DNA of 63,282 bases, filler included. It is 5 parts of 5 records of this genome, joined end to end, with 100 filler letters (N's around TTAATTAATTAA, not from the genome) between each part and the next. Parts side by side here need not be neighbours in the genome. Positions count along the whole stretch, not along the records: positions 41,973 to 51,906 come from SRR20825019_1326; positions 52,007 to 63,282 come from SRR20825019_1329; 3 more parts are not named here. One strand, given 5' to 3'. Position 1 is the stretch's first letter; each line of letters starts with the position of its first letter. Position numbers and translations under genes: made by a program. This document shows, in pieces, positions 50,032-61,387 of this stretch. The notes beneath the pieces were generated by a model, which made no database searches, was not told the origin of the DNA, and worked only from the letters and a program-made list of their open reading frames with translations.

Positions 50032-50670
50032 ATGCACGCGATGAAACTGTCGGCGGCGGTCCTTGCGCTCCTGCTGCCTCTTGGCGGCTGCAAGCTGGTG
50101 CCGACCGACAAGCCCGATTCCGAAACCGCTGCGGCCCAGACCGACGAGGCCCGGATGGCGGCCTATGCCGACGAAAACTGGTCGGAGAGGGTCTTGCCGG
50201 TGATCGCGGAGCACACCGTCGACTACGCGACGCTGCAGAAGGCGCTGGCCGAAGGCGTTGATTCGGCTGGCGAGACCTATGGGCTGAGGCCCAAGGGCGA
50301 GGCCAATCCCTGGAACTTCGTCGTCAGCGGCGAAGGCACGGTCACCGAGGCCAAGCTCGATAGCCGCGCGGCCAAGATGCAGCTCGACATGAATGGCGAC
50401 GGCAAGGGCGACGTCACGCTTCAGATCGGCCCGATCATTCGCGGCACGGCGCTGCGCGATGCCATGCCGTTCATCGTCTTCACGGATTTCCGCGACCAGA
50501 TCGAGTTTGCCAAGCTCGCCCGGGCGATGAACGAGAAGGCCCATGCAGGCCTCGATATTCCGGAAGGCGATGTGATCGGCAAGACTGTGGCCTTCACCGG
50601 TGTGTTCACTATGCGCAGTCCGGATGATGAGCCCGAGATTGTCCCGACCGTCATCGAGGTCATGCCATGA
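50032..50670 (+). CDS. DUF2291-family lipoprotein
   Basis: LGGC lipobox; LQIGPIIRGTALRDA...F.DQIEFA. Confidence 0.88.
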   Translation: MHAMKLSAAVLALLLPLGGCKLVPTDKPDSETAAAQTDEARMAAYADENWSERVLPVIAEHTVDYATLQKALAEGVDSAGETYGLRPKGEANPWNFVVSGEGTVTEAKLDSRAAKMQLDMNGDGKGDVTLQIGPIIRGTALRDAMPFIVFTDFRDQIEFAKLARAMNEKAHAGLDIPEGDVIGKTVAFTGVFTMRSPDDEPEIVPTVIEVMP

Positions 50671-51906
50671 CCGAGCAGCATCCGGTCGGCCTCAGGATCA
50701 TCGGCGGCACCAAGGTTTATCCGGGGACCGTCGCGCTGAAATCGGTTGATTTCGAATTGCGCATGGGCGCGGTCAACGTGCTGGTCGGCGAGAACGGCGC
50801 CGGCAAGTCGACGATGATGAAGGTCATCGCCGGCGTCGAGCAGCTCACCGAGGGCCGTCTGGAAATGGATGGCGAGGAGGTGCGGTTCAACACGACCGAC
50901 GATGCCGAGCGCCACGGCATCGGCATGATCTTCCAGGAACTCAACCTGTTTCCCAATCTGACCGTCGCCGAAAACATCTTCATGGCGCATGAGAAGACCC
51001 GCTACGGCTTCGATATCGATGCCGAAGGCCAGCGCGCGGAAACCCGCAGGCTGATGAAGCGGCTGGAGCACAATATCGATCCCGATACGCTGGTCGGCGA
51101 TCTCAAGGTCGGCCAGCAGCAGATCGTCGAGATCGCCAAGAGCCTGGCGCGCAAGGCAAATATCCTGATCCTCGACGAACCGACCTCGGCGCTGTCGGCG
51201 ACCGAGGTCGAAATCCTGTTCCGGGTGATCGCCGAACTGAAGGCCGAAGGCGTCGGCCTGGTCTATATTTCCCACCGCATGGACGAGTTGATCCGCGTCG
51301 GCGACTACATCACCGTGTTGCGCGACGGCGCCATCACCGGCGCGCGCTCGATGGACGGTGTCGATGTGCCCTGGATCGTGCGGAGCATGATCGGGGAAAG
51401 CTCCAAGGATTTCGCCAAGGAAATCGAACATCCCTTTGGTGACGAGGCGTTGAGAGTCGAGGATATCCGGCTGCCGGATTCCGGCGGCGGGTTCGTGGTC
51501 GACGGTGTCTCCTTCAGCCTGCGCCAGGGCGAAATCCTCGGCATTTACGGGCTGATGGGGGCCGGGCGCACCGAGCTTCTGGAAACCATCATCGGCCGCC
51601 ATCACTTGGCCGACGGCAAGGTCTGGGTCAATGGCAAGCAGATGGGCAAGCCCCGCGTTTCCGATCGCATTTCGCACGGGCTGGCGCTGATCCCGGAGGA
51701 CCGCAAGCATGACGGCCTGGTGCAGATCCTCTCGATCCGCGAGAACATGACGCTGAGTTCGCTCAGTGCGGTGACGCGCGGCTTCCACATGAACCTGAAA
51801 GCCGAAAAAACCCGGGTGGCCGAATTCGTCAAGCGCATGGTGATCAAGATCGCCTCGCCGGAAAACCCGGTGTCGTCGCTGTCGGGCGGCAACCAGCAGA
51901 AGGTGG
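50667..51906 (+). CDS. Sugar ABC transporter ATPase (RbsA-like), 3' truncated
   Basis: GENGAGKST, LDEPT, LSGGNQQKV. Confidence 0.95.
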
Positions 51907-52006
51907 NNNNNNNNNNNNNNNNNNNNNNNNNNNNNNNNNNNNNNNNNNNNTTAATTAATTAANNNNNNNNNNNNNNNNNNNNNNNNNNNNNNNNNNNNNN
52001 NNNNNN
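51907..52006. other. Artificial contig spacer
   Basis: N-runs plus TTAATTAATTAA. Confidence 0.99.
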
Positions 52007-52013
52007 TCCCCCG

Positions 52014-52034
52014 GGATATTTCTGGCCAAAAGAA
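52014..52034 (-). repeat. Short dispersed extragenic repeat, copy 1
   Basis: Minus-strand TTCTTTTGGCCAGAAATATCC matches 60517-60537 at 19 of 21 positions. Confidence 0.6.
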
Positions 52035-52044
52035 GCGGAGGGAG

Positions 52045-53088
52045 TCAGAGCCAGTCTTTGGTGTTTGTCCCCACCGCTTCGCTGACCGAGCCAAAGCCGT
52101 CCTGTTGCAACAAGACGTCAAGGCCTTGGGCGATGCGCGCGGCCAGGCTGAGGCCGCCGTAGACGAGGCCGGTGTAGAGTTGCACCGCCGATGCACCGGC
52201 GCGGATCTTGGCATAGGCGTCGCGGGCCGTGCTGATGCCGCCGACGCCGATCAGCGGGATGTCGGTCAGTGTGTGGAGTTTGGCCAGCGTGCGGGTGGAT
52301 TTCTCGAACAAGGGCGCGCCGGACAGGCCGCCGGCCTCGGTGCCGTGGGGGCTGCGCAGGTTGATGCGGTCCAGCGTGGTGTTGGTCGCGATAATCGCGG
52401 AAATCCGGGCGTCCTCGGCCACTTTGGCGATGTCGGCCAGATCCTGATCGGTCAGTTCCGGGGCGATCTTCAGGAACACCGGCACGTTGCCGCGCACCTG
52501 CATGACCCCGTCCAGCAGGGCGGCCAGCGCCATCGGCCCTTGCAGGTCGCGCAGTTTCTCGGTGTTGGGCGAGGACACGTTGACGGTGGCAAAGTCGATA
52601 TGGCCACGGGCCATTTGCAGCACGCGGGCGAAATCTTCGGCGCGGTTGGCGCTGTCCTTGTTGGCCCCCAGGTTCAGGCCCACGGGAATCGTCCTGTGGG
52701 CGCGGGCCAGCCTGCGCACGATGGCCTCGGCCCCGTCGTTGTTGAACCCGAAACGGTTGATCGCGGCGCGGTCTTCGGTCAGGCGAAACAGGCGTGGCTT
52801 GGGGTTGCCGGGTTGGGGCAGGGGCGTGGCGGCTCCCACCTCGATAAAGCCGAAGCCCGCACGCACCAGCGGGCGGATCGCGGTCGCGTTCTTGTCGAAA
52901 CCCGCGGCCAGCCCGACCGGATTGTTCAGCGTCAGGCCCGCGACGCGCGTGGTCAGCCGGGGCGAAGTCACCGGACCGGGCAGGGCGGCAAAGGGCGTGT
53001 GCAGCGCGCGCAGGGCAAGGCCGTGGGCCACTTCCGGGTCGATGCGGCGCAGGGCGGCCAGGCCCAGCTTCTCTATACTGCGCTTCAT
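52045..53088 (-). CDS. pyrD: Quinone-dependent dihydroorotate dehydrogenase
   Basis: [29 protein letters not shown]; start MKRSIEK at 53088. Confidence 0.96.
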   Translation of the reverse strand: MKRSIEKLGLAALRRIDPEVAHGLALRALHTPFAALPGPVTSPRLTTRVAGLTLNNPVGLAAGFDKNATAIRPLVRAGFGFIEVGAATPLPQPGNPKPRLFRLTEDRAAINRFGFNNDGAEAIVRRLARAHRTIPVGLNLGANKDSANRAEDFARVLQMARGHIDFATVNVSSPNTEKLRDLQGPMALAALLDGVMQVRGNVPVFLKIAPELTDQDLADIAKVAEDARISAIIATNTTLDRINLRSPHGTEAGGLSGAPLFEKSTRTLAKLHTLTDIPLIGVGGISTARDAYAKIRAGASAVQLYTGLVYGGLSLAARIAQGLDVLLQQDGFGSVSEAVGTNTKDWL

Positions 53089-53519
53089 CCGAAGGTTGCT
53101 CCGGCGTCGGACGGCGATGTGCGGATCAACCGCGAGGTCAGCACGGCGGCCTGACGGTGGATCACCGCCTGTTTGTAGTCGGGGTCGGTGACCATCGCCA
53201 GAAAGGCTGCGGCGTCGGGATAGCGGGCGATGAAACAGGCGTCCCACGCCTCGTCCGCCGGTCCGATCAGCGTCGTCTGATAGGCCCCGCGCCAGACGAT
53301 GCGCCCGCCCAGACGCGCCAGAACCGGGCCCGAGTCGCGCCCGTAATTGGCATAGGCCTGCGCTCCGGTCAGCCCCTTGCCTGCAAGCGGGTGATCCTCG
53401 GGATAGGCGGCGTGTTCACGGAACCGCACAAGGTTCAGCATTTCAATCGGATGATCGCGCGGCAGATCCTTGAAGGCGTCGAACTGCGCGCGTTCGGGGT
53501 CGATGTGGTTGTCGGTCAT
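53085..53519 (-). CDS. DUF1330-family protein
   Basis: [10 protein letters not shown]...AYANYG...WD...YP...F..M...Y...HR pattern. Confidence 0.85.
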   Translation of the reverse strand: MTDNHIDPERAQFDAFKDLPRDHPIEMLNLVRFREHAAYPEDHPLAGKGLTGAQAYANYGRDSGPVLARLGGRIVWRGAYQTTLIGPADEAWDACFIARYPDAAAFLAMVTDPDYKQAVIHRQAAVLTSRLIRTSPSDAGATFG

Positions 53520-53854
53520 AGGACACCTGCGGGGAATTGGTGAATGCCGTCCTGTAGGGGCAGGGGCTGTGCCCAGGCCACGTCGTCCAGTTTCAGGGGG
53601 CGGTAAAGATGGGGGAACAGCGCACCGCCGCGCGACGGCTCCCAGACCAGCTTTTCGCCCAGATCGTCTGCCTCAAGTCCCAGCAGCCACAGGTTTTCTT
53701 CGCCCGCGAAGTGTTTGGCAGCGGTTTCGGCAGCCTGCGCGGGTGTCGAAAAATGCACATAGCCGTCGGTGACGTCGATGGGTGCGCCCAGAGTTTCGCC
53801 CCTGGCGCGCAGGTCTTGCCATTCATCGGCACGGAATATTTTCAAAATCAGCAT
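53516..53854 (-). CDS. DUF952-family protein
   Basis: DGYVHFST and WEPSRGGALFPHLY motifs. Confidence 0.9.
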   Translation of the reverse strand: MLILKIFRADEWQDLRARGETLGAPIDVTDGYVHFSTPAQAAETAAKHFAGEENLWLLGLEADDLGEKLVWEPSRGGALFPHLYRPLKLDDVAWAQPLPLQDGIHQFPAGVL

Positions 53855-54006
53855 GGTTTCACTGATGCCGTGTGCCTTGAGGTTGGTCAAGCTGCCTAGG
53901 CTTCCGATACGTCAATTCGCCGGCCGTGCACTCGGGTTTTGACTCTTAATCAGAGCGCCGCCAGAGTGATACCAATGCCAACAGACCTTTTAGGGGGACA
54001 CCTGAC

Positions 54007-55566
54007 ATGTTTTTGCGTCTGACACAGACAGCGATGGCGCTTGCGCTGACCGCTGGCACAGCGATGGCGGATTATTCGCTGACCATCCTGCACACCAACG
54101 ATTTCCACGCGCGGTTCGAACCGATCAGCAAATATGACGGTCCCTGCGGTGCCGAGGACAACACGGCCGGCGAATGCTTTGGCGGCACGGCGCGGCTGGT
54201 GACGGCGATCAAGGACGCCAAGGCACGCTCGAACAATTCCATCCTTGTGGACGGCGGTGACCAGTTCCAGGGCACGCTGTTCTACACCTACTACAAGGGC
54301 AAGCTGGCCGCCGAGATGATGAACATGCTGGGCTATGACGCGATGACCGTGGGCAACCACGAATTCGACGATGGCCCCGAGGTGCTGGCCAGCTTTATCG
54401 ATACGATCAATTTCCCGATCCTGATGTCGAACGCCGATGTCTCGGGCGAGCCGCTGCTGGCGGACAAGCTGGCGAAATCCACGGTGATCGAACGTGGTGG
54501 TGAAAAGATCGGCCTGATCGGCCTGACGCCGCAGGACACGGACGAGCTGGCCAGCCCCGGTAAGAACGTGATCTTCACCGATCCGTCCGACGCCGTTCAG
54601 GGCGAGGTCGACAAGCTGACCGAAGAAGGTATCACCAAGATCATCGTTCTGTCGCACTCGGGTTATGTGGTCGACAAGAAGGTGGCCGAAAACACCACCG
54701 GCGTTGACGTGATCGTGGGCGGCCACTCGAACACGCTGCTCAGCAACACTGACGAAAAGGCCGAAGGCCCCTATCCCACGATGGTGGGCAGCACCGCGAT
54801 TGTTCAGGCCTATGCCTATGGCAAATACCTGGGCGAGCTGAACGTGACCTTTGACGACGAGGGCAACGTCACCGAAGCCAAGGGCGATCCGATCCTTATC
54901 GACGCGAGCGTGGCAGAGGATGAGGCGACCGTGGCGCGCATTGCCGAAGCGGCGGCACCGCTGGAAGAGATCCGCAACCGCGTGGTGGCCGAAGCATCAG
55001 ACCAGATTGGCGGCGACCGGGAAACCTGCCGTGCGATGGAATGTTCGATGGGGACGTTGATTGCCGATGCAATGCTGGCACGGGTCAAGGATCAGGGCAT
55101 CGAGATCGCGATCCAGAACGGCGGCGGCATCCGCGCGTCGATTGACGCAGGCCCCGTCACCATGGGTGAAGTGCTGACCGTGCTGCCGTTCCAGAACACG
55201 CTGTCCACGTTCCAGGTCACTGGTGCGACCGTGATCGAGGCGCTGGAAAACGGTGTGAGCCAGGTGGAAGAGGGCGCAGGCCGCTTTGCCCAGGTTGCGG
55301 GCTTGACCTATGCGTTTGATGCTTCGAAGCCGGCGGGTGAACGGGTGTCGGACGTGATGGTCGGCGGCGCGCCGATTGATCCTGAAAAGGTCTATGGCGT
55401 CGTGTCGAACAACTATGTCCGCAACGGCGGTGATGGCTACAAGATGTTCATCAACGCTGAAAACGCCTATGACTTCGGGCCGGATGTGGCGGATGTCCTG
55501 GCCGAGTATCTGGCGGCCCAAGGGCCGTTCACGCCGGTCACCGATGGGCGTATCACAGTCAAGTAA
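54007..55566 (+). CDS. Periplasmic 5'-nucleotidase / UDP-sugar hydrolase
   Basis: HTNDFH, GDQFQG, GNHEFD, GGHSN, NGGGIR; signal peptide. Confidence 0.95.
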   Translation: MFLRLTQTAMALALTAGTAMADYSLTILHTNDFHARFEPISKYDGPCGAEDNTAGECFGGTARLVTAIKDAKARSNNSILVDGGDQFQGTLFYTYYKGKLAAEMMNMLGYDAMTVGNHEFDDGPEVLASFIDTINFPILMSNADVSGEPLLADKLAKSTVIERGGEKIGLIGLTPQDTDELASPGKNVIFTDPSDAVQGEVDKLTEEGITKIIVLSHSGYVVDKKVAENTTGVDVIVGGHSNTLLSNTDEKAEGPYPTMVGSTAIVQAYAYGKYLGELNVTFDDEGNVTEAKGDPILIDASVAEDEATVARIAEAAAPLEEIRNRVVAEASDQIGGDRETCRAMECSMGTLIADAMLARVKDQGIEIAIQNGGGIRASIDAGPVTMGEVLTVLPFQNTLSTFQVTGATVIEALENGVSQVEEGAGRFAQVAGLTYAFDASKPAGERVSDVMVGGAPIDPEKVYGVVSNNYVRNGGDGYKMFINAENAYDFGPDVADVLAEYLAAQGPFTPVTDGRITVK

Positions 55567-55588
55567 GGTCTTTCGCGGCCGAACTGTC

Positions 55589-55622
55589 AGGGCGCGCAGG
55601 CATCGGTCTGCGCGCCCTTTTT
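55589..55622 (+). terminator. Intrinsic terminator
   Basis: AGGGCGCGCAG...CTGCGCGCCCT followed by a T tract. Confidence 0.8.
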
Positions 55623-55633
55623 CGCGGCTCTGA

Positions 55634-56902
55634 TCAGGTGGCCGCTGCGGTGTCGGCTTCGGCCTGCACTTCTGCGTCGGATGCACCAAGGACCGCGGTT
55701 TGCGGCGTGCTGCCGCGACCGCCCGGAGCCACCTGAAAGGCGGTCTTGTCCGCTTCGTTCACGGCCACCCGGCGCGAGATGCGCCACATCGTGTAGACGA
55801 TCACCAGCACATGGGCGACGGCGGTGACCATGAACAGGGCGCGGTCGGCAAAGTTGCTCATCGCCCAGCCTGCCATCAGCGGCCCCACGATGCCGCCGCC
55901 GCCATAAAGCAGCAGCAGCCCACCCGAGATCTGGATCGAAGTGCCGGGGGCGGCGTGGTCGTTGGCATGGGCCACGATCACCGGATACATGGCAAAGATC
56001 GATCCGCCCAGGATCGCGGCCAGTATCAGGTTGGGGATGCGCCCCTGTGGTGCGATGGTGATGAACAGGATGTCGGCAACCAGCGCAGCCAGCGCGATGC
56101 CCACCAGCACCTTGCGCCGGTCCATCCTGTCGCTGAGGATGCCCACGGGAATTTGCGCGAGCGCACCTGCCAGGATCGGCAATGAGGTAAAGAAGGCAAT
56201 TGCCGCCAGCATCAGCCCCGTGCGTTCCGCATAGACCGCCGCCAGCGTGCCAAAGGCCGAGTTGCTGACCCCCACCCAGAACACCGCGAAGACTGCGACG
56301 GGTGAATTGCGCCACAAGGCTTTCATATCCAGTCGCGCAGCCACCAGCGGTGCGGGGTTGGAGCTGGAGGACAGGGCGGTGGGGACCAGCGCCAGACAAT
56401 AGAATATCGCGCCCAAGGCAAAGAAGAAAAACCCGGAGGTGTCGCCCAGCGTCAGTGTCATCTGACCTGCGGTCACAGCGCCGAGGTTGACCATCGTGTA
56501 AACGCCAAAGATCCGCCCGCGCTGCTCGGGTGCCGCCTGATCGCTCAGCCAGCTTTCGACAATCATCGCGGCCCCTGCAAAACAGAAACCGCAGACGCCG
56601 CGCAGCGCGATCCACGCCCACGGGGTGAGCATGATCGCAGACCCCAGCATCGACACCGCAGCAATCGCGGCCATCGCTCCGAACGCGCGCACGTGGCCGA
56701 CATTTGCCACAAGCCGGGGCGTCAGCACGCAGCCTGCCATGTAGCCGATGGCCCAGCCCGTGCCGAGCAGACCCAGGGAGAAAGCCGAAAAACCTTCGGC
56801 ACTGCCACGCACCGGCAGGATCAGCCCGTTGATGCCCCCTGCGAACAGCAGGAAGGACGAGCCGAGCAACAGGGCAAAGACGGGCAGGAAATGGCGGATC
56901 AT
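55634..56902 (-). CDS. MFS transporter (YcaD-like)
   Basis: VGHVRAF, IVESWL, LSDRMDRR, AHAND; start MIRHF at 56902. Confidence 0.9.
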   Translation of the reverse strand: MIRHFLPVFALLLGSSFLLFAGGINGLILPVRGSAEGFSAFSLGLLGTGWAIGYMAGCVLTPRLVANVGHVRAFGAMAAIAAVSMLGSAIMLTPWAWIALRGVCGFCFAGAAMIVESWLSDQAAPEQRGRIFGVYTMVNLGAVTAGQMTLTLGDTSGFFFFALGAIFYCLALVPTALSSSSNPAPLVAARLDMKALWRNSPVAVFAVFWVGVSNSAFGTLAAVYAERTGLMLAAIAFFTSLPILAGALAQIPVGILSDRMDRRKVLVGIALAALVADILFITIAPQGRIPNLILAAILGGSIFAMYPVIVAHANDHAAPGTSIQISGGLLLLYGGGGIVGPLMAGWAMSNFADRALFMVTAVAHVLVIVYTMWRISRRVAVNEADKTAFQVAPGGRGSTPQTAVLGASDAEVQAEADTAAAT

Positions 56903-57037
56903 GGGGCAGGGGTCCAATCGGTCGGTGTGGTTGCAGTCTGCGCGGCTTTGCTGTGGGTTGCAAACGGATGGCGTCGTCTTTCCGCTCAATGCGGGTGGGG
57001 CTTGGACCTGTGACACAAGTCGCCTACATTCCCGACC

Positions 57038-57700
57038 ATGTGTGGTCGTATAGCCGTTACTCTGCCAACCGACGCGATGGCGCAACTGTTCGCGGCAGCG
57101 CCCGCAAACGATTTGCCGCATGTGCCCAATTTCAACGTCTGCCCCACCGATCCGGTGCATGTCGTCCGCAGCGATGGCAGTCAGCGGTCGCTGGGGGCGA
57201 TGCGTTGGGGTTTTATCCCGCAGTGGTACAAGAAACCGAATGACGGACCGTTGCTGATCAATGCGCGGGCCGAGACCATCGCCGAGAAACCCGCCTTTCG
57301 CACCGCCTGCCGCGACCGGCGGTGTGTGGTGCTGGCCACCGGTTTTTATGAATGGACCAAGGATGCCGACGGCAACCGTCTGCCGTGGTACATCACCCGC
57401 AGCGATGGCGCGCCCTTGACCTTTGCGGGAATCTGGCAGGATTGGGAGGGGGGCGACACCCGGTTGCGGACCTGCGCAATTGTTACCACAGGGGCCAATA
57501 CAACGATGTCCGCCATTCACCACCGGATGCCCGTCCTGCTGGAGCCGGAGCAGCTGTCACTGTGGCTGGGGGAAGAGGGCAAAGGCGCCGCCCGCCTGAT
57601 GCAGCCTGCGCCCGAAGATACGTTGCAGATGCACCGCGTGGGCACGGCCGTGAATTCGAACCGCGCCGAAGGTTCCGAGTTGATCGTACCCTTTGACTAA
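57038..57700 (+). CDS. SOS response-associated peptidase (SRAP/YedK/HMCES family)
   Basis: MCGR N-terminus, INARAET, GFYEW, IHHRMP. Confidence 0.95.
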   Translation: MCGRIAVTLPTDAMAQLFAAAPANDLPHVPNFNVCPTDPVHVVRSDGSQRSLGAMRWGFIPQWYKKPNDGPLLINARAETIAEKPAFRTACRDRRCVVLATGFYEWTKDADGNRLPWYITRSDGAPLTFAGIWQDWEGGDTRLRTCAIVTTGANTTMSAIHHRMPVLLEPEQLSLWLGEEGKGAARLMQPAPEDTLQMHRVGTAVNSNRAEGSELIVPFD

Positions 57701-57709
57701 ACGCGGAAC

Positions 57710-57738
57710 GACCTGCTTGCCGAAAAGACAAGCAGGTC
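57710..57738. terminator. Hairpin between convergent genes
   Basis: GACCTGCTTG...CAAGCAGGTC. Confidence 0.65.
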
Positions 57739-57764
57739 CCGGAACACTTCGCGATTTACGAGAT

Positions 57765-58142
57765 TCAGTTGCCCAGAGGAGGCGAGCTGAAGCTGATTGC
57801 GCCCGCTGCGTTTGCGAGGGCTTCCTCGTCGGCCTCTTCGCCGAGCATTAGGGAAAAGTCGTTTTTCATGCCTGCGACGACGGCAAAGACTTCTTCTCCA
57901 CCGACTGCGATCGGGCCGACAGTCCAGTTTTCGTCCTTGGCGACGATCAACTGTTCGCTTTCTGATGCGTTGATGAACCGGACGGTGTCGCCCGGACTTG
58001 CATAGGTCACACGTGGAAAGAAGGATTCGCCCAGAACCATGACGGTATGTTCATTGGCGGATTCACCATCGGCAAAGGCGGCAGGGGCCAAGGTCGCGCC
58101 GAGAGCGGCGGCAAGGGCCAGTTTTTGAATAGAACGCAGCAT
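57765..58142 (-). CDS. Exported cupredoxin-like protein lacking canonical Cu ligands
   Basis: Signal peptide; FFP.....PGDTVRFIN pattern; no Cys. Confidence 0.65.
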   Translation of the reverse strand: MLRSIQKLALAAALGATLAPAAFADGESANEHTVMVLGESFFPRVTYASPGDTVRFINASESEQLIVAKDENWTVGPIAVGGEEVFAVVAGMKNDFSLMLGEEADEEALANAAGAISFSSPPLGN

Positions 58143-58228
58143 GAATGCTCCTGTTTGGTCCGGCCCCACCCGAAAACACTGACCGAAGCCCTAGCGGGGG
58201 ATTGCGGCGCAAATGCGGCGACAGTGGG

Positions 58229-59134
58229 TCAGGTCTGCGGAATTGGTTCGGATGCGGTGCGTGCCTGTTCGCCCAGCCATGCGCGAAAGGAGCGCAGCGA
58301 GGCCTGGGTGGCGCGTTCGGACGGCCACACAAGGTAATAGGTCCCGATGCTTTGCGATGTCTGCGCCGAGGCCAGCGCAAGTTGGCCGCTGTCCAGATAG
58401 GGCTGTGCCACAAAGGTCGGCAGCAATGCCACGCCCATGCCGTGGATCGCCGCCTGTGCCATGGTCGAGAACTGATCGAACTGCATCCCGGCGCCCAATT
58501 CCCCTGTCCACCCTTGCGCCGCCAGCCAGCGCGCCCAGCCTTTGGGACGCGTTTCCAGATGCAGCAGGGGCTGCGCTGCGATCTGGGCGTTGCTGGCCTG
58601 TTGCAGCAGCCCCGGCGCACAGACCGGCACCACGGTTTCCGGCATCAGGGGCAGGTGATCCGCTCCCGGCCAGTCTGCGCGGCCGAAATGGATCGCGGCG
58701 TCGAACCGGCTGGCGCGGAAATCGAAGGGCGCGAGACGGGTGGACAGGTTGACCGTGACCTCTGGATGCGTGCGGGCGAAATCCTGCAGGCGCGGGGCCA
58801 GCCAGTGCATCCCGAATGCAGGCAGGATCGCAAGGTTCAATGTGCCGCCGTCCGGGTTGGTGCGCGCCGCCACGGATGCTGCCGCCAGCCTGTGCAGGAT
58901 CTCGCGCACCGTGCGCGCATATTCGCGCCCCACCGGCGTCAGCACCAGCGCACGCCCCTCGCGCTGCACCAGCGATGCACCGATCTGTGTCTCCAGGCTG
59001 CGCAACTGGCGGCTGACCCCGCTTTGGGTCAAGGACAGCTCTTGCGCGGCGGCCGTTGCCGATCCCAGACGCGCCACAGCCTCGAATGCCATCAGTGCAC
59101 CGGTTGAAGGCAGGAAACGGCGGGGGGCGATCAT
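58229..59134 (-). CDS. LysR-family regulator (GcvA/GcdR-like)
   Basis: AAAQELSLTQSGVSRQ HTH, WLAPRL; divergent from gcdH. Confidence 0.93.
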   Translation of the reverse strand: MIAPRRFLPSTGALMAFEAVARLGSATAAAQELSLTQSGVSRQLRSLETQIGASLVQREGRALVLTPVGREYARTVREILHRLAAASVAARTNPDGGTLNLAILPAFGMHWLAPRLQDFARTHPEVTVNLSTRLAPFDFRASRFDAAIHFGRADWPGADHLPLMPETVVPVCAPGLLQQASNAQIAAQPLLHLETRPKGWARWLAAQGWTGELGAGMQFDQFSTMAQAAIHGMGVALLPTFVAQPYLDSGQLALASAQTSQSIGTYYLVWPSERATQASLRSFRAWLGEQARTASEPIPQT

Positions 59135-59136
59135 CT

Positions 59137-59151
59137 ATGACTAATCCTCAT
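59137..59151. promoter_or_regulatory. LysR recognition box
   Basis: ATGA-N7-TCAT (T-N11-A) in the divergent promoter. Confidence 0.7.
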
Positions 59152-59238
59152 GTATCACAGGACGGATGATTGTTAGAACTTGCCGCGTTTCTTTGCAATA
59201 CTGCACGAAATTCAACAGATTCGAGAAAGAGGTCCATC

Positions 59239-60462
<1,224 letters not shown>

Positions 60463-60494
60463 ACCTGCACGCTTTAAAAATTGAAACAACAGAT

Positions 60495-60523
60495 GCGGGG
60501 GCCACAGTGCCCCCGTTTCTTTT
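60495..60523 (+). terminator. Intrinsic terminator after gcdH
   Basis: GCGGGGGC-cacagt-GCCCCCGT then TTCTTTT. Confidence 0.8.
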
Positions 60524-60537
60524 GGCTATAAATATCC
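60517..60537 (+). repeat. Short dispersed extragenic repeat, copy 2
   Basis: TTCTTTTGGCTATAAATATCC. Confidence 0.55.
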
Positions 60538-60622
60538 ATGCCAATGGTTGCAGCCATGCGCTGGCTCTGGTGAAACGCACATCATCCGCTAAGCTGTGCC
60601 GAACACCAATGCGAGGCGACAG

Positions 60623-61387
60623 ATGGCTCAGACACTTCCACAAATCCCGTCCTTCGACCTGTCAGGCCGCCGCGCCCTTGTCACGGGTGCATCCTCGGGC
60701 ATCGGTCTGGGCTGTGCCGTGGCATTGGCCGGGGCGGGGGCCCATGTGGTCTGTGCCGCGCGCCGCGCCGATGTGTTGCACGACAGCGTCGCCGCCATGC
60801 GTGATGCGGGTCATTCGGCAGAGGTGCTGGTGCTGGACCAGACGGATCTTACGGCGTTGAAGGGTGCGTTTTCCGACCCCTTTGACGTTGTGGTGAATTC
60901 GGCCGGTCTGGCGCGTCATTCGGCGGCGGTGGACACCGATGTGGCGGATTTCGATACGGTGATGGATGTGAACGTGAAGGGGGCTTATTTTCTGTCCTCC
61001 TATGCCGCACGCGCACTTCTGGATGCGGGCAAGCCCGGCTCGATCATTCACATCAGCAGCCAGATGGGGCACGTCGGCGGCCCGGACCGCGCGGTTTATT
61101 GTGCGTCGAAACACGCGGTCGAGGGCATGGTCAAGGCAATGGCCATCGAATGGGGCAAGGCGGGCATTCGCATCAACACGATCTGCCCCACCTTCATCCG
61201 CACACCGCTGACCGAAGGTACATTCAACGACGCGCGCAGCCGCGCGTGGATCATGGACAAGATCAAACTGCCGCGCGTGGGCGCGGTCAGCGATATTATG
61301 GGGGCGGCGCTGTATTTGGCGTCGGAAGCCTCGGGAATGGTGACAGGCACGGCCATGATGGTCGACGGAGGTTGGACGGCAGACTGA
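60623..61387 (+). CDS. SDR oxidoreductase
   Basis: [20 protein letters not shown]. Confidence 0.92.
   Translation: MAQTLPQIPSFDLSGRRALVTGASSGIGLGCAVALAGAGAHVVCAARRADVLHDSVAAMRDAGHSAEVLVLDQTDLTALKGAFSDPFDVVVNSAGLARHSAAVDTDVADFDTVMDVNVKGAYFLSSYAARALLDAGKPGSIIHISSQMGHVGGPDRAVYCASKHAVEGMVKAMAIEWGKAGIRINTICPTFIRTPLTEGTFNDARSRAWIMDKIKLPRVGAVSDIMGAALYLASEASGMVTGTAMMVDGGWTAD

Noticed and set aside
55634-57523. 629-aa MFS fusion protein
   Set aside because: The N-terminal extension is antisense to the SRAP gene; the real start is 56902.
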